Source of the DNA: Microthyrium microscopicum | Taxonomy: Eukaryota | DNA length: 64,000 bases | NCBI GenBank assembly: GCA_010405405.1 | Contig: MU004233.1 | Location: 499,067-563,066 of the forward strand | Direction of reading: 5' to 3' | Part shown: one piece after another, positions 61,301 to 64,000 of the stretch | How the letters are laid out: every line of letters begins with the position of its first letter | How positions within the stretch are numbered: position 1 is the stretch's first letter | Program-made: the position numbers and the translations under genes | The notes under the pieces: generated by a model | What the model was told of the DNA's origin: nothing | Seen by the model: only the letters and a program-made list of their open reading frames with translations | Database searches by the model: none

Positions 61301-64000
61301 CTACTAGTAATATTTTTTTAGAGAAGAAAATAACTAGTCTTAGATTACTATTTATATCTTTCTATAATAATATAGTAGTATAAGCTTAATCTAATATATC
61401 TATCTCTATTTAAGTTTCCTTAGTATAATTAAAGTATTATAGAATTAGTATACTAGTAAAGTCTACTTTTAGCTTCTTAAAAGCTTATTCTTTAGGCTTA
61501 TTAAGGTCTTAAGGAAATATAGCTAGAATATTCTTCTAAGTAAGATTTATTAAGGATACTACTATAGTAAAGTAATTAAAAATAAACTATTAGTAGAAGT
61601 TAGTAAATCTAAGGAACGCCTAAATATCTTTAAGATAGCTTAGTTATTTCTAGTTAACTACTATATTAACCTTTAAAGGGTCTATCTTAATACTTTCTAT
61701 AGTAATAATTAAACTAAGGTATTTTATTTCTTAAATAGTAAACTTTAATTTCTTAATATTAAAGAATAAGCCTATACGTTCTAATACGTCTAGTACTAAA
61801 TATATATAGGTATTATATTCTTCTAGTATTTTACTAAATACTAGAATATTATCTAAATAAATAGTTATAAAATTATCTAAAAACTATATTAGTATATAAT
61901 TAACGTACGCTTAGAATATTCCTAATCCCTCTATAAGGCTAAAAGGTAGTACTTTAAACTTAAATAGGCTATAGTATATTAAGAATACTATTTTATATTT
62001 ATCTCTAAGTTTAATATAGATGCGTTTAAAGATAGCAATAACGTTAAACTTAAAGTAATACTTTGCTTTTATAAGGTATATAAGCGTCTTACTAATAAGT
62101 AGTAGAATATTACTATTTTTAATAATAATATTATTTAACTTATAGTAATTAATATAAATATAAATACCTCCTCTTAGCTTATTTATATAAAGTATAAGTA
62201 TAGTATATTAAAATTTTAAACCTATAGTAAAACTACGCTAAAGTAAACTCTTAATATATTATTTAATAACTAAGGCTTATTTTAGTAATATTAATATAAG
62301 TTAGTATTTTAGAATTTTAGTATTAAAAATAAGGTTAATAGCGTAGTTATATTTACTATAGTAAAGTATAAAAATATTTAAACACTTTAGATTAAAGACT
62401 TTAAAATATTAGTAAAAATATTCTAAGATAAGTTTTAAGATCTCCTCTTTTAATAAGTAAGAGTAATCTTACTTATCTTACTATTTAAGATAATCTTCCT
62501 TTAATATAGTATATATAATAAGGTTTATAGTAAATTTATTATTATTATCTTTATTACTATTAAGAGGTTTTTTTTCTTTTTTATTATTAAAATCTTTAGG
62601 CTAGAATATATTAACTATAACGTCTTTATATTTTATTAGTTTCTTAAATACTACTATAGATATAAAAGTAATATCTAATTCTTTAGGTAATTCTAAGTTT
62701 ATAAATCGTCCTTTTAGGTTTATAGTAATTAAGTATTATAATATAATATAATTTATAATATATCTTATACTATAGAAGGTTAATATTCTTAAACTTCTAT
62801 ATAGGTTAACTTTATATTAATCTAACTAGAATATTTCTAAGATTAGATTATAAGAGGCTACTTCTATAATAAAATAGCTAATCTACTTAATATAGTATCT
62901 AATACGTAGGTTAAGGATAGTAGCTTTATTAATTATAGATACTAACTTATTATTAGTAAGTATTACTAAGCGTAGATATATAAGTTAAAAAGTAGGAATA
63001 CTATATTACTAAAGATAATAAGGGTTAATAATTCCTATTATACTACTATTAATATTAATTAAAATACTAGCGTTAGAGTAGGTTAAATACTATAGTATAA
63101 ATACTAAGCTAATAGTAGTCTATTATAATTTAATAATAGAATCTTTCTTTTTAATATCTTAAGGCTATGCTACTAGTATAATAGAGACTAGTAAGATATA
63201 GATAGCATATAAGTATACTAGTAAGACTTATTCTTTATAAATAGCATCTTTATACTTAAGGTACTAAATATACTAGTAAAAGTAGCTAAGTATCTTCTTA
63301 GTCTTCTCTTATATCTTCTTTTTAATATTTTTATAGTCTTCTTTAGCTTAATGAAATATTTCTTTAGCTTTCTTAATATTTTAGTACTACTCTTTATTAT
63401 ATTAATAAAATATCTTCTTTATATACTTAATATTAGCATTAAAGGTATGTTTCTTTTTTTTATTATATGCTTTAGTTTTATTTAGCTTCTCTTTATAGCT
63501 TAGTAAAGAAGTATCTAGTTTAAAAACTAATAATTATTATTCTTAGTAGTATTCTTTATAGAGAGTTACTATTCTTTTTAAACTTTTATAAATATTACTA
63601 CTAAAGGTATAACTAAGGCTTTAATCTTATTATTAGATAAGGGTTTCTAATCTTTATATAGTATAGTCTTATTAAAGTAGTAGTAACCCTTTTACTTATA
63701 ATAAATATAACGTTTATCTATTTTTAAGGTATTAAAGACGTCTATAAGATAGTTAATATTACTAGTTTTATTATTTTAGGCCTCTTTATTAGTAGACTAA
63801 TTATTATTATAGCTATAAGAGGTATTATTTATAGTAATAGGCTTATAATTAATTTAGTGCGCAACTAAGTAAAGTTAAGCGTAAAATATAGTAAAACTAC
63901 TAAAATACTAGCTTACTAGTAGGTTTATAAACTTATAATTAATAAGATTTTATAATTTAATAATCTTTTTATACTTAGATAGTTCTATATCTATTAAATT
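58400..64000 (-). mobile_element. Ty3/Gypsy LTR retrotransposon, RIP-degraded, probably extending past the window end
   Basis: Minus-strand relic motifs in RT-RNaseH-IN order: FKVLPFSL and FLDNFITIYLDNILVFSK (YLDD, 61848-61859), NYNIYNKELLTI (RNase H, ~61261-61298), ILLD*GT*FISTF* (integrase SDRGTQF, 60102-60143). Polypurine tract AGAGGAGGAGAG at 58823-58834. The left (3' LTR) boundary is approximate. Confidence 0.85.

Larger units (their letters stand above)
43200..64000. other. AT-rich, RIP-mutated repeat block
   Basis: Abrupt GC drop, pervasive TpA, near absence of CpA/TpG, and only one short ORF in about 21 kb. Gaps at 46520-46529 and 57304-57663. Confidence 0.95.

Noticed and set aside
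43200..64000. Starship element, centromere or telomere
   Set aside because: No recognisable tyrosine-recombinase captain or TTAGGG array; centromere identity cannot be read from AT-richness alone.

Overview
Eukaryotic DNA from a filamentous ascomycete: short GT-AG introns with CT(A/G)AC-type branch sites, HET-domain and Zn2Cys6 genes, and RIP-type mutation. It has two compartments. (1) About 1-43,150 is gene-dense, with roughly balanced GC: DUF4246 protein, two HET genes (one frameshifted), Zn2Cys6 regulator, EXO5, a Ser/Thr-rich membrane protein, ADE16/17, a secreted precursor of six Kex2-type 40-aa repeats, a FUSC/ArAE transporter, a catalytically altered cutinase-like protein, 1-Cys peroxiredoxin, GNAT, a tandem pair of F-box-like paralogues, and a catalase / sulfite-oxidase-like / cupin block bracketed by a 79-bp direct repeat. 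(2) About 43,200-64,000 is very AT-rich, TpA-loaded and almost ORF-free. It holds RIP-degraded elements: a MITE-like element, a RecQ-type helicase relic, a Mutator-like transposon with TIRs and an exact 9-bp TSD, and a Ty3/Gypsy retrotransposon. The best novelty candidates are the Kex2 repeat-peptide precursor, the pseudo-cutinase, the repeat-bracketed redox cassette and the hidden helicase relic. Product calls come from motif recognition by eye, no searches were run, and intron boundaries are manual predictions.
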